A stretch of 64,000 bases of DNA from Haliotis rufescens (Eukaryota). This document shows positions 25,401-38,100 of the stretch, one piece after another. The notes beneath the pieces were generated by a model. The model had not been told where the DNA came from, searched no databases, and saw nothing but the letters and a program-made list of their open reading frames with translations. Every line of letters starts with the position of its first letter. The stretch's first letter is position 1. The stretch lies in contig NW_025964223.1 in NCBI RefSeq assembly GCF_023055435.1, positions 43,896,001 to 43,960,000 of the forward strand. The letters run 5' to 3'. The translations under genes were made by a program, and so were the position numbers.

Positions 25401-27958
25401 TGTTTATATATTTGTCTAATACAGGTACATTCTGGTGTTTATATATTTGTCTAATGGAGGTACATTCTGGTGTTTATTTATTTGTCTAAAACAGGTAGAT
25501 TCAAGTGTTTAACTATTCGTCTTATACACAAATGTTAATTATAATAATATAATTATAATTATTGTTAAAGGGCGGTTTCGCATTGTGAAAAACAACTTAA
25601 GGAATTATCCGAACTGATCCCCTACCGCGACATATACTGCCACGGAAATGCAATTTAACTCATGTCAGTTTTAACAAATACAACTGGACTGGCATCTTAA
25701 CGGGCACATCGTTCTTTTCACGTGAGGCCCCTCGTGAATATGTTTACTATCACCCTATGCAACTGAATCGGAGAGAGTGTTCGTGTGGTTTTATACTGTG
25801 TGAAAACGAGACAAGTTTTCTGAAAGAGCAAATGTTTAACAACTTGGTGACCTCACTGCCGACATTTCTCTATGTGTAAATGAATTATATACATCATCGT
25901 AATAAACTGACTCTGTTTCAGCTCTGGTGAACCTCACATGCAATTACAGTGAACCTCAGAGGACAAGCGGTATGTTACCTTAATACTCACTGGCACACTA
26001 TATATATATATAGTAATAACTAAATAAGAGGAGTAAGATTGAACATAGTTTTAATTGGCTAGCGCTTTCAACTCGTACCGCGTACGAGTCTCATCAGGCC
26101 ATAACCGAATAACGGACATGAAAATAACATAAGTTACTACTTCATGTCAGATCTCATTATTCTGACATGGAAGTATGAAAAATAATAATATCCTTTACCC
26201 CTCCAGCTCCTCCTGCAACGGCAACACCGGAGGACAATACATTGACAGGTGAGATGGGGTGTGGGAGGTATATTAGTGTACTTCAGAAAATCACGATGGG
26301 GGCACGCTGTGGAAAGATCACTGAAAATCAAAGAAAGGTCTCTCGTTAAATTAACCTTAATGCTAACAGTGATTTGGGTTCCGATTTGATTTATTGTCAA
26401 TCTCTCTTAACAAATGGAGAGGGCACGGGTGGCCAAGTCGTCTAAGGCGCCGCGATTCGCTGTGCAGAGTTGCGTCCCTTGGGCACGCCAGAAACCTATT
26501 ATTGTGGTTTCGAATCCCGGTTCGCCCTGATTATGTTTCTAGGTTTGTCAGCACCATACCCGTGCTCGTTGGTTTCGCCGAAGTGGTAAACGTGTGAGAC
26601 CTGCATCACTTCGGGCTTTCCTCCCACATTAAGCTGACACGCCGTGATATAACTGGAAAACTGTTAAACTAGGCGTTAAACCAAACTCACTCACTAACAA
26701 TTGGAACCCAGGCCGTTTTGTTTGTTTGTTTAACCCCGCACTGAGCATTATTCCAGCTATATGACAGCTGCCTGCTTCTAGACCAGACAATCCAGTGATC
26801 CACGCCGTCGGGGTATGATGACACGCAATCAACCAGGTTACTGACCCTGACTACCCGATCCGTTTAGTCGCCTCTTACGACCCGGATAGGAAGCTGGGGC
26901 CCGACTATTAATGTACATGTATTTCAAACGATCAAAACGCACGGTCAACTTATTTCGATCAAAACCTTATTACAGTTAAGTTTGCATAAAACAATAATTT
27001 CCTGATTATTCCCACAGATGGGGCTATCATTGGGATCGTGGTTGCTGTATCGGTCGTCATCGTCGCCGTCGTCTGTTTAGTATTGTAAGTTAAAATATAT
27101 TTAAATGGAAATATTAATAATTTCTTACAATTATATCATATATCAATCGACATATTTATTTAATTTATTACAGAAAATAAGATTTATGACAAATGTTATA
27201 TTTGGGATGTACACTTTCTTAGTAAAGTACAGATTCTCGGACTTTTTTGGGGTTGAGTCCCGTTCGGGATTCGAACCCACACTTGCCAGAGTGAGGCACC
27301 TAATCACTTAATCGCCAGCACACAAAATCATTGTGTATTTAATGAAAATAAAATTGTTTCCATTTAGCTACAAAAACTGACACAATGACCCCACCTGTAT
27401 TAATATTTTATTTTGAGCCTTCTGATTGTAGACTATTTTGTTTGAACGGCCATTAAGGATGAATAATATTCTGCGTGAAAATGGGCGTCACATATTGTAT
27501 CCATGATGAGGATGTAACCGGGTCCTTCAGCGTGACCTACGACCGCTTTAACCGTTAGGCTACCTCACAGCCCATTAATTACAATAGAAATGTGCAACAA
27601 AATCGCTCACAACTGGAAATGTACTTTAATGCATTAGCGTCATTCGTCTTTCAGAGCGCGAGTAAAGCTGAAGGCTAAAAACCAGGACAGGGACAACATC
27701 AGCACCATCCACGCCGACAGTCTGTTCGGCGACGATGGCAATGACGTCATAATGCCTACAACCACTCATGCCAAACGTGGGGCAGATAACTCCGGGTACT
27801 ACCAGGGCGCTGCCGCCAAAAAGACTGGTGTCCGAGTACCCAAGAAGCAACTACTACGGGTAGATACCTACTTGGAAGACCAAAACGGAAAGTCGCCATT
27901 CGGTCAAGTACCGAAAACGTCCAAGACGAACAAAGAAGAGGCCAACTTTGTTTATTAG
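19468..27958 (+). CDS. Receptor B: complete type I membrane protein, predicted 281 aa
   Basis: Exons 19468-19537 (signal MEQTELGILITLTLLAVWRFPAA), 23174-23488 (ectodomain), 25922-25969 (ALVNLTCNYSEPQRTS), 26207-26248 (APPATATPEDNTLT), 27018-27084 (TM DGAIIGIVVAVSVVIVAVVCLVL), 27655-27958 (tail, in frame with ORF 27752-27958). Sum is 846 nt = 282 codons. Signal, ectodomain and TM exon lengths (70, 315, 67 nt) equal those of A2. Confidence 0.85.
20322..20541 (+). mobile_element. SINE-like repeat (family 4, AACC tail)
   Basis: cgtaaaaggcgactatgcttgtcg...ggattgtctggtccaga...aaccaacc shared with 32485-32758. Confidence 0.75.
21451..21615 (+). mobile_element. SINE family 1, degenerate
   Basis: gggtagtctggtg...gctggaatacagctaaaagcggc...actcactc. 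Confidence 0.6.
23174..23488 (+). CDS. B Cys-rich ectodomain exon (315 nt)
   Basis: ttcttccccag acceptor and G|gtacat donor. C-x22-CCC pattern shared with A2. Confidence 0.85.
23547..23802 (+). mobile_element. tRNA-headed SINE (family 2) in B intron 2
   Basis: A box tggtatagtgg and B box ggttcgatccc; copies also at 2870 (+) and 42745-42851 (-). Confidence 0.8.
24040..25500. repeat. 33-34-bp minisatellite (aatacaggtacattctagtgttttatattggtct), about 40+ copies
   Basis: Seen directly; lies in B intron 2. Confidence 0.95.
26419..26695 (+). mobile_element. tRNA-headed SINE (family 3)
   Basis: ggtggccaagtcgtctaaggcgc...ttcgaatccc head, ACTC tail, and taacaa.tgga TSD-like flanks. Copies at 30735-30983 and 60460-60752 (-). 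Confidence 0.8.
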
Positions 27959-28339
27959 TAAAGAATGCGTGAAATTACACAAAGAAGCAGCAACTATGAT
28001 GTGCCATAGCACCTTCTTGGGGTGTATCGGTGATATATTAGTGTATAGGAAGTTCCTTAATATGCTTGATATCTGCAATTGGTAAATGCGTTTACGCGCG
28101 GCAGCCACATACACCGCGCCTTATTCATTGAGGGACTACCACGTAGTATCCTGGGTAAGGTTGGGAGATTTGTTGGAAACATTGTTGAGGTCACTGCTTC
28201 AAGAAACACAATGTTTCTGTAAAGAAAGAAACGGAATATCTTTTTCACAACCCATTTGTAACATACAGGATATCTAACACGCAAAATGTATTTTTCACAA
28301 GTTTTTTACTTAACAACTGATTTTGTTTTAAAAAAACAG

Positions 28340-28341
28340 CC

Positions 28342-28372
<31 letters not shown>

Positions 28373-28529
28373 ACTGACACCACACACACACACGCACACA
28401 CACTCAACCCTCCCCGCACCACACATGCACACACAACACTCAAACAACACACACACAACCCTCCCCACACACACACACACACAACCCTCCCCCCCCCACA
28501 CACACACACTCAAACAACACACACACAAC
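28340..28529. repeat. C/CA-rich microsatellite abutting gap
   Basis: Seen directly in the sequence. Confidence 0.9.
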
Positions 28530-28686
28530 NNNNNNNNNNNNNNNNNNNNNNNNNNNNNNNNNNNNNNNNNNNNNNNNNNNNNNNNNNNNNNNNNNNNNNN
28601 NNNNNNNNNNNNNNNNNNNNNNNNNNNNNNNNNNNNNNNNNNNNNNNNNNNNNNNNNNNNNNNNNNNNNNNNNNNNNNNNNNNNNN
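28530..28686. other. Assembly gap (N run)
   Basis: Run of Ns. Confidence 1.
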
Positions 28687-29283
28687 GATTGTGTGTAATG
28701 TAGTATGGATGTGAGGACTATCTATATAATCTCCTGCAAACATTCATTGTTTGACAATTAACTGCAGCTGTGGTTGAGGAAGGGAAGTGTAGACACGTGT
28801 GGCCATTACGCCTGCAGGAAACCTTACCTATAATAGAGCTGAAGTACACAGCTATCCAACTAGCTGATAATATAACGTCGATAGTGGACAACACGTGTTG
28901 TTATGACTAGAATATCCACACTATGCATGAAGGTCTGTCGTGACTGAAAGTAGACGATTAGCTGAATTTAACATGTATGTGATTGTAACACTTGATATGA
29001 CAGCAAATGGGACGCGGAAGGTTATGAACAAAGCCATTAGTAGGACACACGTGCGTACAATGAATAGCATAACTTTATTCACAGATTGTCCATTGTATCA
29101 ACTGGGTGCGTGCCAGGTATTACTCATGCACATATGCAGAGTAAACACAAACAACCAGGTCACCGTTCCACAAAGTGACGTTAGCGCTGAGGCGAGCGTA
29201 ACTCCCATGCTTTAACATAGGCTTACGATAGCGCTAAGATCAATTTAAGGAACGAGGTCCATGACACCATTGCATATATACCA

Positions 29284-30369
29284 GTGAGTGAGTAAGTGAG
29301 TTCATGAGTGAGTGAGTGGTCATGAGTGAGTGGTCATGAGTGAGTGAGTGAGTGGTCATGAGTGAGTGAGTGGTCATGAGTGAGTGAGTGAGTGGTCATG
29401 AGTGAGTGAGTGAGTGGTCATGAGTGAGTGAGTGGTCATGGGTGAGTGAGTGAGTGAGTGATTGGTCATGAGTGAGTGAGTGGTCATGGGTGAGTGAGTG
29501 AGTGGTCATGAGTGAGTGAGTGGTCATGGGTGAGTGGTCATGAGTGAGTGAGTGGTCATGAGTGAGTGAGTGGTCATGAGTGAGTGGTCATGAGTGAGTG
29601 AGTGAGTGAATGAGTGAGTGAGTGGTCATGGGTGAGTGAGTGAGTGAGTGATTGGTCATGAGTGAGTGAGTGGTCATGGGTGAGTGAGTGAGTGGTCATG
29701 AGTGAGTGAGTGGTCATGAGTGAGTGGTCATGAGTGAGTGAGTGGTCATGAGTGAGTGAGTGGTCATGAGTGAGTGAGTGATCATGAGTGAGTGGTCATG
29801 AGTGAGTGGTCATGAGTGAGTGAGTGAGTGAGTTGGTGAGTGAGTGGTCATGAGTGAGTGAGTGGTCATGGGTGAGTGAGTGAGTGAGTGGTCATGAGTG
29901 AGTGAGTGGTCATGGGTAAGTGAGTGAGTGGTTATGAGTGAGTGAGTGGTCATGTGTGAGTGGTCATGAGTGAGTGAGTGAGTGAGTTGGTGAGTGAGTG
30001 GTCATGAGTGAGTGAGTGAGTGGTCATGAGTGAGTGAGTGAGTGGTCATGAGTGAGTGAGTGAGTGGTCATGAGTGAGTGAGTGAGTGGTCATGAGTGAG
30101 TGAGTGGTCATGAGTGAGTGAGTGGTCATGAGTGAGTGAATGGTCATGAGTGAGTGAGTGGTCATGAGTGAGTGAGTGGTCATGAGTGAGTGAGTGGTCA
30201 TGAGTGAGTGAGTGAGTGGTCATGAGTGAGTGAGTGGTCATGAGTGAGTGAGTGGTCATGAGTGAGTGAGTGGTCATGAGTGAGTGGTCATGAGTGAGTG
30301 GTCATGAGTGAGTGAGTGGTCATGAGTGAGTGAGTGAGTGAGTGGTCATGAGTGAGTGAGTGAGTGAGT
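29284..30369. repeat. (GAGT)n-GGTCAT compound satellite
   Basis: About 1.1 kb array of GAGT runs punctuated by GGTCAT. Confidence 0.95.
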
Positions 30370-30734
30370 CAAATATGTTCCAACTATATCCTGGTGGCCC
30401 GTTATTATTAATAGAATTTGTACCCAACAAACCGATGGTTGATATTATGATCAACGCCTTACACCGCGGGGGGTAATAATACACACAATCCGTCAAGTCA
30501 CCAAGTCACTAAGCCTGACCACCTATTCATTTAGTCGACTTTTATGACAAGAATCGGTTCCTGGAGACCAAATGCATCCCAGAAATATTTTTTGTGAAGG
30601 ACATGCATCGAATAAGCTGCATTCGACAAACACGTCTTGTGTGCATGAAGTTTGTAGTGTTTGACAGGTGCACATAAAATGATGTTTCAAGTAGCGAATA
30701 AGCACACGTATATACCCTTAACATTGAACATTGG

Positions 30735-30983
30735 GCATGGCGCCGCATTTCGACGTGCAGAGTTGCGTCCCTTGGGAACGTCAGAAACCTGTGATTGTGG
30801 GTTCAAAATCCCGGTTCGCCCCGATTATGGTTATAGTATTGTCTGAACGATACCCATGCTTGTGGGTTTCACCAAACTGGTAAGCGTCTGAGACCTGTAT
30901 CACCTCGGGCTTTCCTCCCATATCAACTGACACGCCGTAACTAAAGGACTGTTAGTAGCTCCGTTAAACCCAACTCACTCACT
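30735..30983 (+). mobile_element. SINE family 3 copy
   Basis: Similar to 26419-26695. Confidence 0.75.
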
Positions 30984-31789
30984 TATATTGCACATCTAAC
31001 ATGGTATTGGTGAAATACTGTCATAGGAAGGGATACTAATGTATATGCTAATGATGTTTATTGCAGTCCGCTGTGACACTGTGTTGATATAGTGCGGCAT
31101 GTCAGTGATACATTTTTGTAATTTCATCAAAACTTAGTTTTATAAATAGATTTAGTTATTTCGGTACAGGCCCACTTGAAGCAAATATATATGAATGTGC
31201 AATAAAGTATTTAGATGAATGAGAACTGTTTTTGTATATATTTCGACAGAATTTGATACAGATACTCATATATAGATATATAGATACACAGTTATATCAC
31301 AGTAGAGGGTTATCAGTAACAACAATTGCATACATGAGTGGGATAACATGAGTAAGTAATGACAACAGAAGGATAATACTGTCACAACATGATGGACAGG
31401 GAACGCACTGTTAATCCTCCTACTTCTGTATATACTCTGTACAACGCTCCTCATTCAGTCTTGCTTGACAACGGTGTAAGGATCTATACCGAAACGTCGC
31501 CTTTACAGTATTAAAGAAGTTGTTATCCATAAATTGTGTCTACTTTTTCATCTGTTAACTTCTAAGCAATACCTATTTAACAATATAACAACGGTTTGTA
31601 AATAATCGTGTCGCAGGCAATTGCAGTATCCATGTGACCGTGTTACAATCAAACTCATGATCAGTCATCAGATAGCGCGAGATACTGGGTCCTATTCTTC
31701 CCTGCAATGCCAGGGGATAAAGTGGAGTTATTTTGTGTTATGTTATGTTACGACATATACAAGTCCTGGATTCGCCTCCAAGATCAGGT

Positions 31790-31955
31790 GGGCGGTCGGG
31801 TAGCCTGTTGTTAAAGCGTTCGCTCGTCACGCCGAAGACCCGGGTTCGATTCCCGACATGGGTACATTGTGTGAAGCCCATTTCTGGTGTCCCCCGCCGT
31901 TATATTGCTGGAATATTGCTAAAAGCGGCGTAAAAGCATACTCACTCACTCACTC
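31790..31955 (+). mobile_element. SINE family 1
   Basis: Full-length copy with TSD agatcaggt. Confidence 0.9.
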
Positions 31956-32349
31956 TGAGATCAGGTACGGGAGTTTAGGTGAGGTAAGTTGAGATGGTTC
32001 GAGATTATTGCACTTTCAGTCAAGTCCCGTTAATCCGACATCGGTGGTTGCATATGATTATGTCGGATTAACGAGTATGTCGGATAAACGAAATTTAGTA
32101 GAAATTGAGAACTTGTATCTGATTTTAATAAGATTGAGGTAATCTAAGCATGTGAATTATCCTGTTTTCTTTATTTAAAGCATTAATTGTTTATTGTTAA
32201 GCAGGTTTATCTCTGCAGCCGTTGTAATATGCAGCTACCAGCCGACTCGTCTCGCATCATACCACTGACCTCCCGTCCTCCAGGCAGACTCTCTATCCAC
32301 AATATCACAGAGGCGGTCCGCTAAGTAAAGAATGATAACCCTATTGTCT

Positions 32350-34530
32350 CTGAACCCTACTCCCTATTGCGAATAATATAAATGCCATACCATAAATACC
32401 AGTTCACCCTGTTAGCCTATCAAAACAGATAGTTCCCACTTTGCCCAGTGCTTATTTCAGCAGACACATCAAGTTCGTAAAATGGACCCGTGAAGATTCC
32501 GGGGTAGAATAGGTCTTCAGCAACCCAGGCTTGCCGTAAAAGGTGACTATGCTTGTCGTAAAAGGCGACTAACGGGATCGGGTGGTCAGGCTCGCTGACT
32601 TGGTTGATGCATGTCAGCGAACCCAATTGCGTGGTTCGATGCTCATGACATTAATCACTGGATTGTCTGGTCCAGACTCGATTATTTACAGACCGCCGTC
32701 ATATAGCTGGAATATTGCCGAGTGCGGCATTAAACAACAAACCAACCAACCAACCAACATAAATGGTAATAAAATAATGATGTGTGACACATGCGATATA
32801 AAATCCACACCAGCAGGTGGATCCTGCGCGTGGCATCGGAAGCGGCCGTAAAATTATTTGAACCTCGTAGCAGATGTTTATACGAGCTTAAAGTATGTGA
32901 ACCATCAGTGATTACAGCACAAGGCATTTACTGATTGAAATCTTGACCTCTAATAGCCTGGTGATCCTGGGGTATCATGCAGGAAGCCGAAGTACTGTAA
33001 GTCCCCATGATCCCCAGCCAGGTGACCTAGCTTTGGTTGCTGGTGGCCTATAGCCCGTGTTTTAAAACTGTATACATTATATTGTTGTGCTCAAATCTGT
33101 TTCATAAATTGTTTTTAAATATAGTATGCTCAAATATGTTTCACAACTTGTTTTTAAATAAAACTTTGCATAATTAGCTTAATTGTAAGTAGATTAACTT
33201 GGTCTCGTCGCTATATGGCTGAAATAATGCCGATGCGACGTTAAATTTTAACTCACTCACTCATAGCCTGGTGATATAATAGAGTGAGCGAGGTAGATGG
33301 GCGCCGCTTTGAACAGAATTATGGTTATGTATCGGCGTGTCAGAAAACGTGCGAGGAAAACCCAAAGTGTTGCATGTCCTCAAATATGGCGGCATCCACC
33401 AGCAATATGGTCCTGACGGAACAAGGATCATAAATAGGGTTCGAACCGACAACGACCAGATCATTTAATCGAATACGTATATTTGAATAATTAATGTAGC
33501 ATCCTTTCTAAAAAAATATCATGTTTAAGTATAATACTGTTAGTATGCAGGGATCTGTGTGGTGCAAACAGGCTCATCATACTGGGTCTAATGTAAATTG
33601 TATGGTCTTAACACATTTGAAGTAAAGACTGAAGGAGCGAGAACCATAGTAACGACAACGCATGTACAGCTATATGTCAAGAGCATAGAGATCTGGTTTT
33701 GTATTTTTAAACCGGTTTAACAATCGCAACGAACACAAGAAGATCCTGGTTAAAATTCATCTTCAGCAACCCGTGGATCGTGTGGTCTGGCTCGCTGACT
33801 TGGTTGATGCATGTCACCGTATCCCTACTGTGTAGCTCGATGCTCACGGTGTCAACCAGTGGATTGCCTGGACTCGATTATTTACAGACTGCCGATATAT
33901 AGCTGGAATATTGCTGAGTGCGGCGTTAAATATCAAACAAAAAGCAAACAAATACTCGCACCGACGTCCATGTAACACAACCACTTCAATGTACAGCGAC
34001 ACCTTACGGTTTACGGGGGGCAGGGAAACGGAAGAAGGATATCCATATGCGAGGTCATAGGAAAACTCCTCATGTCACTGTGCATTCAAATTGGTAGCCG
34101 ATAGTGTTCCTGCAGTGTTAGTATTTCAGCATTGATATTCATGACCAGAACATACATCTGCCCTTCCTGGTTGCACCTGCATAGAAGTCGCCCCTTTTAT
34201 CGTCTGTAGGGTCAGCGTACCCGCATTTGTACTACATAATACTGGTAATAAACACAAGGCGAAAAAACCAATTCCATAAACATAAGAAATATAATCCCAA
34301 GGTAGAGTCTCGTTTACAATTACGACCACATGTGTTCATGTTTCATAGTAATGATACCTGGTGTTCACGAAAAGCCCCACCGGTTGCACCCCTCATATGA
34401 TATAAGTGAAGGGAGATTTATTGAGTTTAAAATGTTTCAGTTTCATCGGACATTGTCAGCTTAACATGGGACGAAAGGTCGTTGATGTTTCTCTCTTCAG
34501 TGAAACCCACAAGCATGTTCCTGAACAAGC
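32350..34530 (+). repeat. Upstream block of C1 duplicated upstream of C2 (42890-44770)
   Basis: Collinear shared anchors: ctccctattgcgaataatata, aaaacgtgcgaggaaaaccc, ggtgcaaacaggctcatcatac. Confidence 0.85.
32485..32758 (+). mobile_element. SINE-like repeat (family 4), near full length
   Basis: Absent from the paralogous block near 43020; related copies at 33745-33950, 39800-40020, 43998-44185 and 26718-26890 (-). Confidence 0.8.
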
Positions 34531-34589
34531 AAGTTGAAATTTCGGGACGAATCTTGGACTTGATAAGTGGGCCAAGGCAGTTAAAATCG

Positions 34590-34696
34590 CGCACGCACAC
34601 ACACACACACACAAACACACGCACACACACACACACACGCGCACGCACGCACGCACGCACGTACGCACAGGCACACGCACACGCACACACACACGC
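34590..34696. repeat. (CA)n/(GCAC)n microsatellite
   Basis: Seen directly in the sequence. Confidence 0.92.
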
Positions 34697-35180
34697 TTAT
34701 TAGTTAATGCATTGTATCGTAATAGTCTTGCATCGCATCCTAGTCTAAAAATGATGCTTTATCTTGTGAGAGGGGGGCCAGTGTAGGACGCACGTAGAAT
34801 CAGCCATACGGAACATAAAAGGGTGCAGATAGGGTTATCTTGACATACGGCACATGTACTCCAGTACCCGTTTTTCAACTGTTATCAAGGCCTCTAAAAC
34901 ATTACACTGTGTTCAGTGGGCAATAACCCTGAAAATGGCTTCCCGTTCGATTTACTACGAAAGATACAGTCTGGCATAACGAGGCTTCACTGTACATGAT
35001 TGTGGGATTTCAGACTGTACACAAAGGCCAGACTGGTCATCATGCAAAGAGTTGTTAAACCCACTGAGGCATATACACGAGACGGGTATCGAGTATCACA
35101 GAACCATCTACGTCCTGGTTGTAGGTGAATATCACCCTGAGTATTTCACCCCAGAGAAGTACATCTAAATTAAGTTTATC

Positions 35181-38100
35181 ATGGACGTCTTGTTGACTCT
35201 CGTTTTCCTCTCACTGCCGTCAGTAAGCTCAGGTAAGAATTCACGGGTATGTTACCTAATATAATGTGTAATGGGAGCTCAGTCAAGCATTACGATTTAA
35301 GTATCTATGAGACACATTAGCCATTGTGTTTGACATCAGTATTTGTTCCCCAACCGGTTAGAAATAATCAAGTTCATAAAATAGTAAACCTTCACCGTTG
35401 TATTGTTTACGTCATCCGAAGCAGTATTCGAAATAGACATCGGTCCGTAGGATTTGTCCTCGGGATGAGAGTTTCAAATTTCACTTTATTTTAAGCTGTA
35501 AACATCGTAAATAAATCATAACACTGAGATTGCTTGGTGAAACAGGGTCCAGCTTCAAAGTACGAGGGGCGGTCGGGTAGTCTAGTAGTTAAAGCGTTCG
35601 CTCGTCACGCCGAAGACCCGGTTTCGGTTCCCGACATGCGTACAATGTGTGAAGCTCATTTCTGGTGTCCCCCGCCGTGGTATTGCTGGACTATTGCTAA
35701 AAGCTGCGTAAAACCATACTCACTCACTGAAAGTACTTTCAACACCACAGGCTGTTGTACCGGCCGCACCGTAGCCACGTCAAAATAATATGTTGTTTCA
35801 TAAACCTACCTGTCATATCATTTATTTAAATCTATCACTTTTCACAATGTCTGCAAATATGTACTTCATTTCAATTTACCATATTTTATCAATAGATTTA
35901 AAATTATGAATTATTTCCCGCAATGTTATTGAAAATGAAAATCTGGGACACATGCTTCGACAACGGGTCCAAATCAAACATGTCAAAGAGCAAACCAAGG
36001 ACGTTTCAAGCAAATCGTAAATAAATTAAGTGGTCAAATCGCCAGTACACAAAGTCAGCGATCTAACCCACTCAGCCGGACTTTCATTTTGTGGAAGCCT
36101 CGGTGGCTGAGTAGGTTAGATCGCTGACTTTGAGTGCTGGCGATAAGTTAGTTCCTCACTCTGGCAGTGTGGATTCGAATCTCGGATGCATGAGACTCAA
36201 CCCCAAAAACAATATCATTAAAATCAGACCTCAGTTCTCGCTACCGCAAAACAAAGATCTGAGGACATCCCATTAGGGGTCACGTCAGAACGACCTTTCA
36301 TCCGACCAATCAGAGCATCACTTACCAGATTATGAAAGTGACAGTCGGAATGGGATTTCTAATCATGCAACCTCGAAAACTTTAACTGCCAAAGAAAGTT
36401 ACAGGTTTAACGCCTGAATTCATACAATCTAGACCATCTATTAGCCACACAGAATGTTCTTTTGTTCAGGTTTCAAATTTGTAATCGAGAATTTGTCAAA
36501 ATATGTTTCGAAACGTAGTCGCCAATTTGAAATTAGTGCCGTAAAGCATGAGAAAGCTGCCTTCTGATTGGTCATTCCATTGGTCGGTCAAAGTTCGCTC
36601 AAGGTCGGTCTGACGTGACCCGTAATGGGATGTCCTCAGATCTTTGTTTAGCTGTAGCAAGAACTAAGATCTGATTTTAATGAGATTGCCCTAAAAAGTA
36701 CGAGAATCTGTACTTTACTGTCATCCTAAAGATAACATGTGTTACCTCTAAGTAACACTTTCCACCTTTTCGTGAGATCGTGTAATATAAGTCAAATGAC
36801 ATGTCTGCATTTGTCGCCTCGGTTTTCGGCTCGAACACGATGTTTATTGCCAAAATACATGCTTGAGAAATCTTTGTCTTTCGTCTAAATCTTAAAAGTA
36901 AATCTGAATACGAAAATACCAATTGCGAGGTTACTGTAATATTACTGATGTTCTTACGATACCAAACATCGAACGAATCTTCGCACATGTTATTTATACA
37001 AAGCTTCGAAAACGTTGGTATTTAAAGGGTATTTGTCATGCCACTGAGCGGAAGGCCACTCTAATCGGGACATATGTGATGATAGATCGTACTTAAACTT
37101 CGTTTTTTATCATTTTCTGATTACTTTAACAATGAAAATAAAAAAGAAAGAAGTCAGTGGATAGCTCTATTATGAAATGTTAATGTTGCCGAAAATCGCC
37201 ATAATTTTGGCTTCCTTGGTGCTTAACCTCGACGATATGTATGCGTCAGCTTAATTATTTCATTAAAAACGAACTTAATTTATTCAATAATGTATTAATG
37301 AAATAATGTGATAAACATAACTGTCATATTTATAAACAGTCGGATTTGACCTTTCACATGGTGTTTGCCATGAAGTAGCAAAGGTGTTTTACAAGCTGAT
37401 AATTTCCTTCATAACTGTAGGCTTCATCTATCACCACTGAGTCTCTGGGAAGTCGGTGTGATCGCAGTAAAAGCTTCTGATCTGGTTGACTGGCAGTGTT
37501 TTGTAGTTTAATATGCAAGAGAATGTCTGTCTTGTCCACTAAAATGTTTGGGCCTACAGGTTTTGAAATGTGCTGGCCCTTAAGGCTCTCATTTTACTCG
37601 ACGTGTAGACGTCATTTGACAATTGGTCGTGATCAGTGCATTTTTCAGAGGCTCAAAAGAATTAAGAAATAATGGGTAATTAAGAAATGATTGCATTCGT
37701 ATGTGCGTCATACTGATTTTACGAAACTCTTGTAAGACTTGGTGTGTTACCCTCGACTCGCTCGGGAAATACAAGAGCTCTGACACTCACGCTCGTATGA
37801 TAATCTCTATGTAATTATTTTCTACTGATGCCACCTAGACATTAGGTTATCTATCTATGTGTGATCTGTCTATAAACATGTGAGTAGATGTCCGAGTTGC
37901 CCATAAAGACCCCGGATAGTTTGCACATTTTATTTGTTGAACGAGTTCATTGCAGTACCCATGTTAAGTATACTATACCATTTAAGAATCCTTCTTGTTG
38001 TTTTGTCGGGGAATACAATATTCATGTACCCTACCGCCGAGTCCGAAACATTCATCTGTTCGAGACTATTGCGGTTCTTACATTATTAGAAGTACCACAC

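Noticed and set aside
24040-25500. Regular 33-34-bp repeats resembling a CRISPR array
   Set aside because: No unique spacers, eukaryotic intron context, and no cas genes.
28286-28743. Pro/His/Thr-rich ORFs
   Set aside because: Microsatellite plus N gap.
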